Position numbers and translations under genes: made by a program
The notes under the pieces: model-generated
Database searches by the model: none
What the model saw: the letters and a program-made list of their open reading frames with translations, nothing else
What the model was told of the DNA's origin: nothing
NCBI GenBank assembly: GCA_964016885.1
Contig: OZ024755.1
Location: forward strand, 10,788,001 to 10,852,000
Source: Eledone cirrhosa
Lineage: Eukaryota
Reading direction: 5' to 3'
DNA: 64,000 nucleotides
Shown: in pieces, positions 1 through 13,489 of the stretch
Layout of the letters: every line of letters begins with the position of its first letter
Numbering within the stretch: position 1 is the first letter of the stretch

Positions 1-16
1 TTATTATTATTACTAG

Positions 17-400
17 GGCGGTGGATTGACAGTATCGGTAGAGAGTCGGGCGTCATGCTTTGCAGCATAGAGTTACAGCCCTTTACGGTCTGAGTTCAAA
101 TCCCACCGAAGTTAACTTTGCCTTTCAACCTTTCGGGGTCGATAAAATAAAGTACCAGTCACACGCTGGGTCGATTTAATCGGCTTTCCCCTCCCTCAAA
201 ATTGCTGGCCTTGTGCCTATATAAGAAACCATTAATATTATTATCATTATTGCTTTCCAGCATAGTTACATCCCTTTACGGTCTGAGTTCAAATCCCGCT
301 GAGGTTTACTTTGCCTTTCATCCTTACGGGGTCGATAAAATAAAGTACCAGTATGCACTGGGTAATTGCTGGCCTTGTGCCAAAAGTAGAAACAATTATT
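17..400 (+). mobile_element. Two tandem copies of tRNA-derived SINE family A (near full-length 17-235; 5'-truncated ~257-400)
   Basis: B-box-like GAGTTCAAATCCC, central motif GCCTTTCA(A/T)CCTT(T/A)CGGGGTCGATAAAATAAAGTACCAG (resembles the Meta/MESC-type SINE central domain, from memory), 3' end GCTGGCCTTGTGCC...AGAAAC plus (ATT)n tail; many more copies in the window. Confidence 0.85.
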
Positions 401-627
401 ATTATTATTGTTATTTGTAGTAGTAGTAGTAGTAGTAGTAGTATAATTTGTTTATTTATTTATTTTCTTGTAACCTTCAGAGAATTTGGTTGATGTTTGT
501 CTTGATGCCTATCTCAATGTCAATCTTTTTGAGTGAATTTTAGCTTTCCAGGCAAGAGTTCAAACTAAATATATAGCAAGAAAGAATCCCAGGAGAAATC
601 ATCTATATAGCTAAGATTATTTGGTAA

Positions 628-685
<58 letters not shown>

Positions 686-2138
686 TGAAAAGCCGATAGC
701 CCTAAATACTGTCAACTTTGTATATGTGTATGTATACATATATGTATATCTTTGTTTGTGAATATATATATCTATATGTGTGTGTTTATAAGCATTTATG
801 TAAAAATCTACATAGCTATGACGTCAGATATTTAAGAGCTTCAAACTTTCATTTCCCGTGCGCATTTGATAAATAAAATTCATACTGATTCTAGTTACAC
901 ACACACGCACATATATATATATATGTGTGTGTGCGTGTGTGTGTGTTTATATATGTATTTATTAAGGTGTGTGTGTGCGTGCATGTCGCTGTCTGACTGT
1001 CTGTGTGTATGTATCTGTTAGTGGATATGGAACAGATCGTCATACAGAGAAAGAATATGAACAGAAACAAACAATATGATAGCGCCGAGAGCTAATAGTT
1101 ATTTAGTCAGTGCTTATGAAATATTCTCAGATTTTTGAGATGGGAAAATCTAGCGTTCTGGGCCCCCTAAAGTCCTCTTTATTTGATGTGATAGGGACGG
1201 TATTGGTCATCCACAAAAACGAAGAACCCAATGATTTGGACTAGCCTTTCAACCCCTCTCCCTCATCATATTTTGGGTAACAATTTCATATTTCTGTTCA
1301 CTGGGTCCATAAAACAAAATTCACCCAATCCTTTTGTAAATGAAATGTGATGTTAGTGCAGGAATAGCTTTTTCAGTGCATTTCCCTCCCTATCTTCCAG
1401 AAGAAGGGCTTAGTAATTCAGTCCACTGGGAATCTAACGCAGCGTCTACCTGATGTTTTGTAAATGACAAAGCTTGGTAGTATTTCAATGGTATTTGTAG
1501 TGCATCTCCCACGGGATAACATCTTCTCCACTTGGCCACTAAGACATTGAAGCAACATTCACCTGATCCTTTGCACAGAGTGTCACAAGTCGTAGAAAGA
1601 ACGTAACAAACATTCATTGGTTGATTCGTGATGCTGCGTTTAGCAACTACATACATACACACGCATGCACGTGTGTACAAACATATACACATACGCAAGT
1701 ATGTACGTGCTTACATACATACATACACACTAATCCTTCTTTTACGATTAAAATCATAACTGTCATTTATATTAAGGTTTCACTTCTGTAACTGGCGTTT
1801 ATATTGATTGTTAGATACGAAGCCGTTACTTATTTGACATCTGATAGCATGAATCGTATAGTTGAGTTAAAGAGGTTCTCGAAATTAAATCTAGAAAACA
1901 ACAATTCCTATCTGGTTTCTGAGGTCAAGAAATTTAACCCTAATTTCAGTTGTTCTTTAACAATGTATCGGCCTTCTAGTCCAGCCATCCTATTTTTAAT
2001 CAGAAACAATATTCTGGTCTACAATATGTAATGACTCTTTTCGAGGAGATGGAAGTGTATAATTTGAGGGAAATTTGTCTCCTATGTCTAGCATGTTGAA
2101 TGACTGTATTCAGTTATTCTATTTTTCGCATATGTGAT

Positions 2139-2350
2139 GAAGGCGTCTGGCGTCATGGTTCGGGTGTTCGGCAAACGATCATAAGTTCGTAATTTCGATT
2201 CGCGGCGTTGTTACTCATTGTCTTCCGCTGAGTGTCGCTGAAAATTACGTTTAAGAGTGTACACACGTGACAGTAAAATGCTCAGTAACTTGTACGTTAA
2301 TTTCACGAGTAGGTTATTCCTTCGATCAATCAACTGGAATACTCTCATTG
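2139..2350 (+). mobile_element. Degenerate tRNA-derived SINE, family B body
   Basis: tRNA-like head (GGCGTCTGGC...TTCGATTC) followed by body AAAATTACGTTTAAGAGTGTACAC...GTTAATTTCACGAGTAGG, also seen near 13780-13860(-), 19740-19815(-), 25540-25740(-), 60900-60960(+), 61250-61380(-) and 62200-62290(+). Confidence 0.6.
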
Positions 2351-2458
2351 AATAGATCCTTGATTATAACAATTATAAAAACATTATGTGTATTCTTCAA
2401 GCATAATCTCCCCTCCCCTATATATTGCTCCATATTTTCATACGGTAATGTGGATTTA

Positions 2459-2615
2459 GGTGGCGATTAGCACATTAGTTAAGGTGTCAAATTAAAAAAT
2501 GCTTCGGTATTTCTCCCGGCTTACTGCCCTCTGAGTAGAAATCCAGCCGAGGGCAACTTTGCCCTTCATCATTTCGAGTTCAGTAAATAAACTACAATTT
2601 CAGTAGTGGAGTTGA
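2459..2615 (+). mobile_element. Degenerate SINE family A copy
   Basis: CTGAGTAGAAATCCAGCCGAGGGCAACTTTGCCCTTCATCATTTCGAG matches the family A core with many substitutions. Confidence 0.55.
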
Positions 2616-3013
2616 TTCTTCGATCCACCAGGAGGTAAGTTCCCTATGCACCCTTTTATATGGGATTGGGTTACATTTAGCTGCAAATTCTAGCTTATCG
2701 ATTATATATATTTCAGCTTACAGCTTCTAGCATGATACAGTATAGTACGTTGAAAGTAAATAAAAGAAAAACGTGATTCTCAGCATTTTACTTGATTTTA
2801 TGAGATTTCAAATTCTTACTGATCGCAATTAGGTCAATGTACTTGTTTATAAATGTCGCCATTTTCGGCGTTTTTTTTTTTAAATATTATAGTACAGATC
2901 GATATAATTGTTGTTCCGTTTAAACTCTTGTAGATCGATATATGTATGACAAAATATACGCGGAGACTGACATCAATAATATAGCGAAAAACCAATAAAC
3001 GCAGAGTCATACC

Positions 3014-3350
3014 TGTGAAGATAAGGTGCTAGCTTCCCAACTACGTGGTACCGGGTTCAGTACCATTGCGTGGGCCCTTGGGCAAATGTTTTCTATAACA
3101 ACCGGTTGACCTATGACTTGTGAATGAAATCTGATAGATGGAAACTTGAGACGCTCGTGGTGTGTGTGTGTGTGTGTGTGTTGGCGCCTGTGTCCATGTA
3201 TGTGATTGTGTTTATACCCATTAATGTATTGTTTTGACAAAAAAGAGACAGATAAAATGAGTACTTGGGTTCATATGATAGACTAAAATATATTTACGGC
3301 GGTGCCCCAGTATGGCCACTGTCAAATGAATAAAACCAGTAAAATAGCAT
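3014..3350 (+). mobile_element. tRNA-derived SINE family C with internal (TG)n tract
   Basis: Head CCGGGTTCAGTACC, CORE-like CCCTTGGGCAAATG, internal (GT)n, 3' part GGCGGTGCCCCAGTATGGCCACTGTCAAATGA...; resembles abundant octopus SINEs (recognition from memory, not searched). Confidence 0.7.
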
Positions 3351-3976
3351 AATAGATCGTAGGAATAAGTGGGATAGACTCAGTAAAGATGACCTTAAAA
3401 CTAATTGTTATTGGGTAGATCTGATGGTGTAAGCAGATTTTTTTTTAGCTCAAATAGAAAGAGAACTCCGTATTTCTGCTATAAAAAAAAGTGAAATTTA
3501 CAAATTTACAAATGACCACTGGCATCCTACGAGATTTAATCTCACAGGAGATTGTTAGCGTGATTTAATGATGTATCAGTACTAAGAAGTGGGAGGAGGC
3601 TCTGTGAGTTCTATGTTCAAATCCCGTGAAATAGCTCCTCTTGCTCAAAAATATCACCTCTTGCTGGAATCGAAATGCTGAACTTAGGATCATCTTACCT
3701 ACATTTTTCACGCAGGTGTGTTGGATGTTGATAAATTATTTAATCTTGTAGTCTAGGTAATGTACACGATTAACTTGAGGGCAGTATATATTACACAGTA
3801 TATTTTACAGCTGTTATTCAGCGATGAATAATGTAAGAGAGAAAAACTCAATATTTATGTCTGTAACAGTTAAATTCTTACTGCGGCGTTTACATCCGAC
3901 AATCATTGTACAATCAATACCCACTAACAATGGAACATTTAAATGGTATTTAACACGCACACACAAACACACACAC

Positions 3977-3977
<1 letters not shown>

Positions 3978-4030
<53 letters not shown>

Positions 4031-4257
4031 GTATATATATATATATATATATTTATACGTTTATATATATATATATATTTATATGTTTATATATATATAT
4101 ATTTATATATATATATTTATATATATATATATATTTATATATATATGTTTATATATATATATATTTATATATATATATTTATATATATATTTATATATAT
4201 ATCTATATATATATTTATATATATATTTATATATATATATTTATATATATATATATT

Positions 4258-4292
<35 letters not shown>

Positions 4293-4347
4293 ATTTATAT
4301 ATATATATATTTATATATATATATTTATATATATATATAAATATATT

Positions 4348-4378
<31 letters not shown>

Positions 4379-4832
4379 ATATATTTATATTTATATATAT
4401 ATATTTATATATATATATTTATATATATATATTTATATATATATATATATATTTATATTTATTTATATATTTATATTTATTTATATATATATATTTATTT
4501 ATATATATATATTTATTTATATATATATATTTATTTATATATATTTATTTATATATATATATTTATTTATATATATTTATTTATATATATATATATATTT
4601 ATTTATATATTTATATTTATTTATATATATTTATTTATATATATATATATATTTATTTATATATTTATATTTATTTATATATATATATTTATTTATATAT
4701 ATATATTTATTTATATATATATATTTATTTATATATATATATTTATATATATATATATATTTATTTATATATATTTATTTATATATTTATATTTATTTAT
4801 ATATATATATTTATTTATATATATATATTTAT
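3978..4832. repeat. Long interrupted (TA)n/(TTTA) microsatellite
   Basis: Directly visible; source of spurious YI-repeat ORFs. Confidence 0.97.
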
Positions 4833-5125
4833 ATTGTTATACTTGGGGAGGGTCATATTTGCGTAATATTGCCAGAATTAATAACAGAACACACTCACTG
4901 TTTGGTTGGTTTTCGCTTCTCGCTGTCCTTTATATCTGCGATCTAACTTACTCGGTCCTCAATGTTGCCATTGACTGACCGACGGTCAAAAATAATACAG
5001 ATAGACACAAACGCATATATATAGTTTAGATAATTTACATAAATCTTTCGTTGCACATCTGCAACATCGTCAGTGGTGTTATATTCTTTGTTCCTCCTGT
5101 TGTGTTGTAAGTCTACGCCATTTTT
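4833..5125 (-). mobile_element. Dispersed ~290-bp element with hammerhead-core remnant, flanked by TA tracts (copy 1; copy 2 at 36651-36920)
   Basis: Collinear homology with 36651-36920; minus strand 5046-5076 reads CCA-CTGACGA-T-GTTGCA-GATG-TGCAAC-GAAA. Confidence 0.7.
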
Positions 5126-5339
5126 TATATTTATTTATATATATATATTTATATATATATATATTTATATATATATATTTAAATATATATATATATTTTT
5201 ATATATATATATTTATTTATATATATATATTTATATATATATATTTAAATATATATATATATTTATATATTTATATATATATATGTATATATATATATAT
5301 TTATATATTTATATATATATATGTATATATATATATACT

Positions 5340-5376
<37 letters not shown>

Positions 5377-5477
5377 ATTTATATATATATATTTATATAT
5401 ATATATATTTATATTTATATATTTATATATATTTATATATATATATATTTATATATTTATATATATATTTATATATT

Positions 5478-5510
<33 letters not shown>

Positions 5511-5519
5511 ATTTATATT
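5126..5519. repeat. Interrupted (TA)n microsatellite
   Basis: Directly visible. Confidence 0.95.
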
Positions 5520-5734
5520 AGAAAGTGAGGTTTTTTTTTTTTACAAAATGAAAAATAACCGAGGTGTACTACACGAGTGGAAGTATAAAGAAAAAGAGAT
5601 GAAATCGAAAATGCAACTGAAGTCTTATTTTTTAAAAAAATATATATATTTATTTGGTTCCTTTACCGGTTTCGCAGTTCTTCTGCTTTTCAAAAGGTGA
5701 GTTGAGATGGAGGGTCTGTGGTTTTTCTCACATC

Positions 5735-7690
<1,956 letters not shown>

Positions 7691-7912
7691 TTGCTAAACG
7701 GAAAAGTAAATGCTGACAAATTGTTCACAGTGAAAAATATTTTAATTAGGAATAAGTGAGAATTAGTAATAGTACTGGTTAGTATTCAGTTTTGGTTTTA
7801 AGTTTTCCGGGTTGCGCATTTTTAATGCTTTTCAAAAATAATTTTGAGATAGAGCGTCCGTGATGTTTGCTCTAATCTGATTAGTTTTGGAAATTCTACC
7901 TGTTTTTATGTT

Positions 7913-7998
7913 AAAAAAGTGGCTCCAGCGGTATTAAAATAAGTTTGCAACACGAATTGGCGCAAAACTTATTTTAATACCGCTGGAGCCACTTTTTT
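7913..7998. repeat. Inverted repeat, ~34-bp arms
   Basis: AAAAAAGTGGCTCCAGCGGTATTAAAATAAGTTT ... AAACTTATTTTAATACCGCTGGAGCCACTTTTTT. Confidence 0.92.
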
Positions 7999-8039
7999 AT
8001 TTCCTATTTTATTCCCTATTCTTCACTATTACCTCTCTT

Positions 8040-8226
8040 GCGGTGGGTTGGCACTATCGGTAGAGGGTCGGACGACATGCTTTGCACCATAGAGTTACGG
8101 CCCTCACCATTCTGAGTTCAAATCCGTCAAGGTTAACTTTGCCTTTCATTCTTACGGGGGCGATAAAATAAAGTACCAGTAATGCACTGGGTTATTGATG
8201 CCGTGTGCCAAAAGTAGAAACAATTA
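8040..8226 (+). mobile_element. SINE family A copy
   Basis: Collinear with 17-235; degenerate flanking duplication ATTACCTCTCTT / ATTATCTTTCTT. Confidence 0.85.
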
Positions 8227-8450
8227 TCTTTCTTTAGGCTTCTTTAGCCTCATGGTTTCCTTCTATTTCTCTTACTTATCTGTTACTCTCTTGTTTCTGT
8301 TTCTTACTTATAAGGGGTATTACGTTCGTCTTGTCAATCATATCTTACTAGCTCTATACAGACTTTATTTGATTAATTAGATCAATAGATAAATATGGTT
8401 ACGATGGAGAATCTGGCAGTACTACGACTTCTGTATATGTTATGTTTGCC

Positions 8451-8490
<40 letters not shown>

Positions 8491-8535
8491 GTGTCGTTTG
8501 CTTTGTTAATTTTATTTACTTTATATACATGTATG

Positions 8536-8637
<102 letters not shown>

Positions 8638-8663
8638 CATGTATATATATATATATGTATACA

Positions 8664-8785
<122 letters not shown>

Positions 8786-8822
8786 CATGTATATATATAT
8801 GTAAAAAGTAAATAGAATTAAC

Positions 8823-8940
8823 ATAGCTGTATTGTATTATTGCGTCATCGTGGTATTTCGATCTGTTTCTTTCAGTCAGCATGCTTCCGCTTTCACATTC
8901 AATAACATACGCAGTCACACATATCTGAACACTCTCTCTC

Positions 8941-8984
<44 letters not shown>

Positions 8985-9122
8985 TCGTATATATATATAT
9001 ATACGACAGAGACTGTTCAGGTATGTGTGACTGCGTATGTTATTGAATGTGAAAGCGGAAGCATGCTGACTGAAAGAAACAGATCGAAATACCACGATGA
9101 CGCAATAATACAATACAGCTAT
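8823..9122. repeat. Long inverted repeat (~120-bp arms) with TA-microsatellite loop
   Basis: Outer ~100 bp of the arms are exact reverse complements; ORFs 8832+ and 9113- translate to the same peptide because of the symmetry. Confidence 0.95.
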
Positions 9123-9155
9123 CAGTGAAAATGTATAGAAATGGAAATAAAGAAA

Positions 9156-9780
9156 TAAATATAATAATTGTTTCTACTATTGGCACAAGGCCAGCAATTA
9201 CTCAGTAGATTACTGGTACTTTATTTTATCGACCCCTAAATATAATAATAGATAACATTAGCAAAAATTATAAACATAGACATAAAGACATTCACGCTGT
9301 TGCATAAATATACATGTACGAGAAAACGAATGAGGTTGGTGTTCGGTGTACTGTTAATATATATATACACACACATACACACACACATACACACGCGCAC
9401 ACACACACACACTTATATATTTATATATTTATATATATAACTTTGCTAACTTTGATAGGTTTCGAACTTAATAGCACCACCTGACGATATATATATATAT
9501 AATAATAATTGTTACTACTTTTGGCACAAGGCCAGCAATTATCCCAGTGAATTACTGGTTCTTTATTTTATCAACCTCGTAAAGATGAAAGATAAAGTTA
9601 ACCTCGGCGGGATTTGAATTCAGACTGCAAAGAGCCGTAACTCTATGCTGCAAAGCATGGCGTCCGACCCTCTACCGATACTGCCAATCCCCCGCATTTA
9701 TAATAATAATTGTTTCTACTTTTGGCACAAGGCCAGCAATTACTGGTACTTTATTTTATCGACCCCTTTATAATAATAAT
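9156..9780 (-). mobile_element. Three SINE family A insertions (9169-9236 truncated; ~9510-9696; 9711-9766 truncated)
   Basis: Reverse complement of family A; TSDs TAAATATAATAAT (9156-9168/9237-9249) and TTTATAATAATAAT (9697-9710/9767-9780). Confidence 0.85.
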
Positions 9781-9814
9781 AATTATTATTATATATATAT
9801 ATGTGTGTTTGTGC

Positions 9815-9850
<36 letters not shown>

Positions 9851-11551
9851 GTAATAATAATTATATATATATATATGTGTGTGTTTATATATATAAATAA
9901 AATAAATATATATATATATATGTACCTGTACATTTTGTATGAGTATCAAACGAGAAAATATGTACAACTAAAAGGTGAATAAATAAATAAATATATAAAA
10001 TATTGATTTCGCAAAATGTGGACGAGATAACCCTGGAAGTCGATAATGTACCTATACTGCTTGATCTGGTTTTTTGGTTGATTATCATTTTTTTTTTTGT
10101 CACGTAGCATTTCCTCGACTGATTTAGATGTTCGCTAGATGAGGTATGTACGGATGTTTTGTAGATGTCACATACAACGCAAGCTATTTTAGTTTTGGCT
10201 GAGAGACAAACCAGATACACTTCCGCAAAATAGTTAACGGAACACACATGTGCTTTCTTTCTTACTCTTCACACTCTTGCCTATATTCCTGTTTCTTCTT
10301 TTATTCCACATTCTATCTTCTGATGGAAGACTGACGCCCGAAACGATAATACTTTTTTCCCTATTATAACAAACGTTAAGCTATCTACTTTACTATTTTA
10401 CTTAGTCCCTCTTGCGTATTCTCTGCCACATCCTATTCTTTCCCAGAATGATCTCAAGCCTACGCAAACTCTGCGCTCTAATTCCGCCATTTTCTTTATA
10501 TTTCTGCCCAGTAATCATACAGATCTTCATCTCTGCTATACCTATCTCTCCTCAAGATACATTCCACCATTGACCGAACACTCCATGTCAAAGCGACAGA
10601 GCTCCATTTGACTTTATATCTGTCAATTCTTTTCTTATCAGCGAAGAGTTGCAACGCGGTGGAAAATCCATACACACGGTGGTAGACATCTGTATGACTT
10701 AAACATTGATACTAGGTTGAACAGTATTTTAATCTGGACCTATCTCCTTAAATGTAACTGGGCGAATAAGGTAAACTCTGCTTGAACACTTGAAGGGTTA
10801 GAAATACCAGCCAAATTTCTTTCACATCAAACTTTATGAAATGAATGGGTTCTATGAAGTCTCGGACATACTATGCGCATGTGAAAAACACATGGATTTG
10901 TCACGTCTAGAGCAGCATTGATCGTATGCGTACAAAATCAGATCTGAGCTGAAGCTAATTAACACTATTTCCTTTCCGCTTATCTCTTTATTATCTTTCT
11001 CTTTCTATCTCCTTCTCTCTTCATCTCTTTATATATATATATATATATATGAGCGTGTATGTGTGTGTATGTATTTATGTGCTTATGTATATGTGTGTAA
11101 GAGTAATTGTGTCTATGCGTTTGAGTGTTTATATCTGCATTTTAGTGAGTGTCTTCTTTCTAACAAACACTTTAAACACTTCAAAACGTTAAATTGTTTG
11201 TCTTGGCAAACTACTCCCCATCATCACCTACATTCTCCTCTATCCCTTTTCTATATCCCAAACCACGCTCCGCATCCCACCAAACTCGCCATCCCAAACC
11301 ACACCCAACTGAAAAACACCCACAACAATAAAACAATAGTAGAGAATGAACAATAAAGCTAAGAGGGGAATAACAGCGACAAACTTGACAAAGAATATTT
11401 TGTCCATTGTATTATTCCTTGCAGAATTCTTTACAAAACTGAATACAATTCCCACCAGGTTCTTCATATTTAATGATGATTTATCGGTAAAAGAAAGTAT
11501 CTATAGATCTTAATGATGCCTTTTGTTATTGGTGCTTCTGTTGGCTGTCTG

Positions 11552-11685
11552 AAGGTGCCTGGCCTAATGGTTACAATATTGGGTTCAAGATCGTATGGTC
11601 GTGATTTCGATTCCCGTGCCGATAGGTGATGGGGCGTTTTGTCTTTAAGCAATGCATTTTATTTCGAGTTTACTCAAGCTGGAAA
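11552..11685 (+). mobile_element. Degenerate tRNA-derived SINE head
   Basis: GGTGCCTGGCCTAATGGTTA (A-box-like), TTCGATTCCCG (B-box-like), TTTGTCTTTAAGCAATGCATTT (decayed CORE-like). Confidence 0.55.
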
Positions 11686-11840
11686 GAAATGAGAGAGAGA
11701 GAGAGATTAGGATTTCACCTATTCTAAATTAGTAATATCATTATTCAACGGCAGGAGCTCAGCCGCCGAACTCGGACTCTCTAATAGATATATATATTTA
11801 GAGTGTAATATGACAAATAATGTTAGTCTAGTCTAAATAT

Positions 11841-11881
<41 letters not shown>

Positions 11882-12083
11882 CATATATATTATTTATGTG
11901 TGTGTGTGTGTATGTATATGTATATATGGTGCTCTGAAATAGCGATATATATATGAATGTATATATAGTGTATTTTGCAATACACTGTATGCTTAATTAA
12001 AAGCATTTCGAAGACCTCACGCTATTGTTTTAGAGTAGTGCCAGTCTCATTACTTTAAATTTTCAGCAAACAAGGGGAGATAA

Positions 12084-12126
12084 AGCTGACAGCTCTGTTT
12101 CGTACTGATCGGTACTTATCAAAGCC
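12084..12126 (-). ncRNA. Type I hammerhead ribozyme, U3-A8 variant (copy 1)
   Basis: Minus strand GGCU-UUGAUAA-GUAC-CGAUCA-GUAC-GAAA-CAGAGCUG-UC-AGCU; stem III 2 nt shorter than in copy 2. Confidence 0.7.
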
Positions 12127-12432
12127 AAGTACTCCACCTGTTTGCTGAAAATTGTGAATGTTTGATTCTTATAGAATTCTATTAATAATCAGGAACTGAT
12201 TATACAGAGCGGTTGCCGATATATATATGAATGTATATATAGTGTATTTTGCACAGTGTATTGCAAAATACACTATATATACATTCATATATATATCGCT
12301 ATTTCAGAGCACCAATTATAATTTTTAATTTCTGCTTGACTGGCAACCGCTCTGTATAATCAGTTCCTGATTATTACTAGAATTCTATAAGAATCAAACA
12401 TTCATGATTTTCAGCAAACAGGTGGAATACTT

Positions 12433-12477
12433 GGCTTTGATAAGTACCAATCAGTACGAAACAGAGCTCTGTCAGCT
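12433..12477 (+). ncRNA. Type I hammerhead ribozyme, U3-A8 variant (copy 2)
   Basis: GGCU-UUGAUAA-GUAC-CAAUCA-GUAC-GAAA-CAG-AGCU-CUG-UC^AGCU; all three stems pair; GUC cleavage triplet ends at 12473; stem I extended by 14 perfect bp (12407-12420 with 12489-12502). Confidence 0.82.
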
Positions 12478-13266
12478 TTATCTTCCATTGTTTGCTGAAA
12501 ATTTAAAGTAAGTGAGACTGTCACTACTCTAAAACAATAGCGTAAGGTCTTCGAAATACTTTTAATTAAGCATACGGTGTATACACTATAAATACATTCA
12601 TATATATGTATATATTAACATTTTGTTATCTCGTAGAAAATACATGATATCTCTGGATGAATTCAGAACATAGTCACAATTAATTTCCTATATCAAATTT
12701 TTTTTTTTTTTTTACTTATTAGTAAAATAACAATACATTAGGTTATATTACACTTGATTTCACTTAATTTGATTTTTACTATACTATTGTCTTCATCAAT
12801 TTCTAATATACCACTAAATTTATCACGTTATCATTTCAGCAATAATAAATACAGTTTAGAGGAACTAATATAATTTACTACGCCACACAAATGACTTTAC
12901 AGTTAGTTTTATTTATATTGATTTTTTTCTTGTATCTTAACATTTAATTTAAACAGTATGTGTGACAATCTCAGCAATCTATTTTTTTTTTTTTTTTTTA
13001 TATATATATACATACGTTGGTTTTATATTTTCTGGGGACAGGGGTTAAAATGTATATATATTTTTTTTTCGCAAAATCAATATTTACTAAACCACCCCCA
13101 ACGTACACTCGTATACAGACATTTTAAACATATTTCCTTACATAATAAACAACTCACTTATCTCATTTATAAATTGAATAATAACATAAATTTATTCTGT
13201 AACTTCTGTTGCTTTTGTTTTGTTTTTTCGATACTAAAAGCAACGAACCCAAACAACCAGGTCCTC

Positions 13267-13330
13267 TTAGATAAACTAACACTCATGTGTTAGTTTATCT
13301 AACACTAACTGTTAGATAAACTAACACTCA
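13267..13330. repeat. Direct-inverted-direct triplication of TTAGATAAACTAACAC
   Basis: Three copies in +/-/+ orientation visible. Confidence 0.85.
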
Positions 13331-13489
13331 GATGGGAGTATAGTTTATAATGACTCGAACTTTGAAGTTACATCTAGTCTTTCTTTTAAAACAATTAACT
13401 GTATCACCCTGCTTAACGCATTAGCTCATCCTATTCATTAAAAATTTCTGTTATCATATCAAATCCAGTAACTGAGACTTTTGCTTTTA

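Larger units (their letters stand above)
11928..12610. mobile_element. Inverted dimer of a terminally redundant ~321-nt HHR-containing element (retrozyme/mini-Penelope-like)
   Basis: 11990-12218 is the reverse complement of 12342-12573 with scattered substitutions; block 11928-11989 recurs inverted at 12253-12313 and partially at 12219-12252 and 12574-12610; flanked by TA-rich tracts. Confidence 0.75.

Noticed and set aside
1130-1600. Complex-sequence block with a 102-aa minus-strand ORF
   Set aside because: No recognisable domain, the ORF starts in a microsatellite, and continuation frames have stops; possibly an old TE relic but unsupported.
9060-9100. CTGACTGAAAGAAACAGATCGAAA as a hammerhead core
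   Set aside because: Does not fit CUGANGA spacing and lacks stems II and III.
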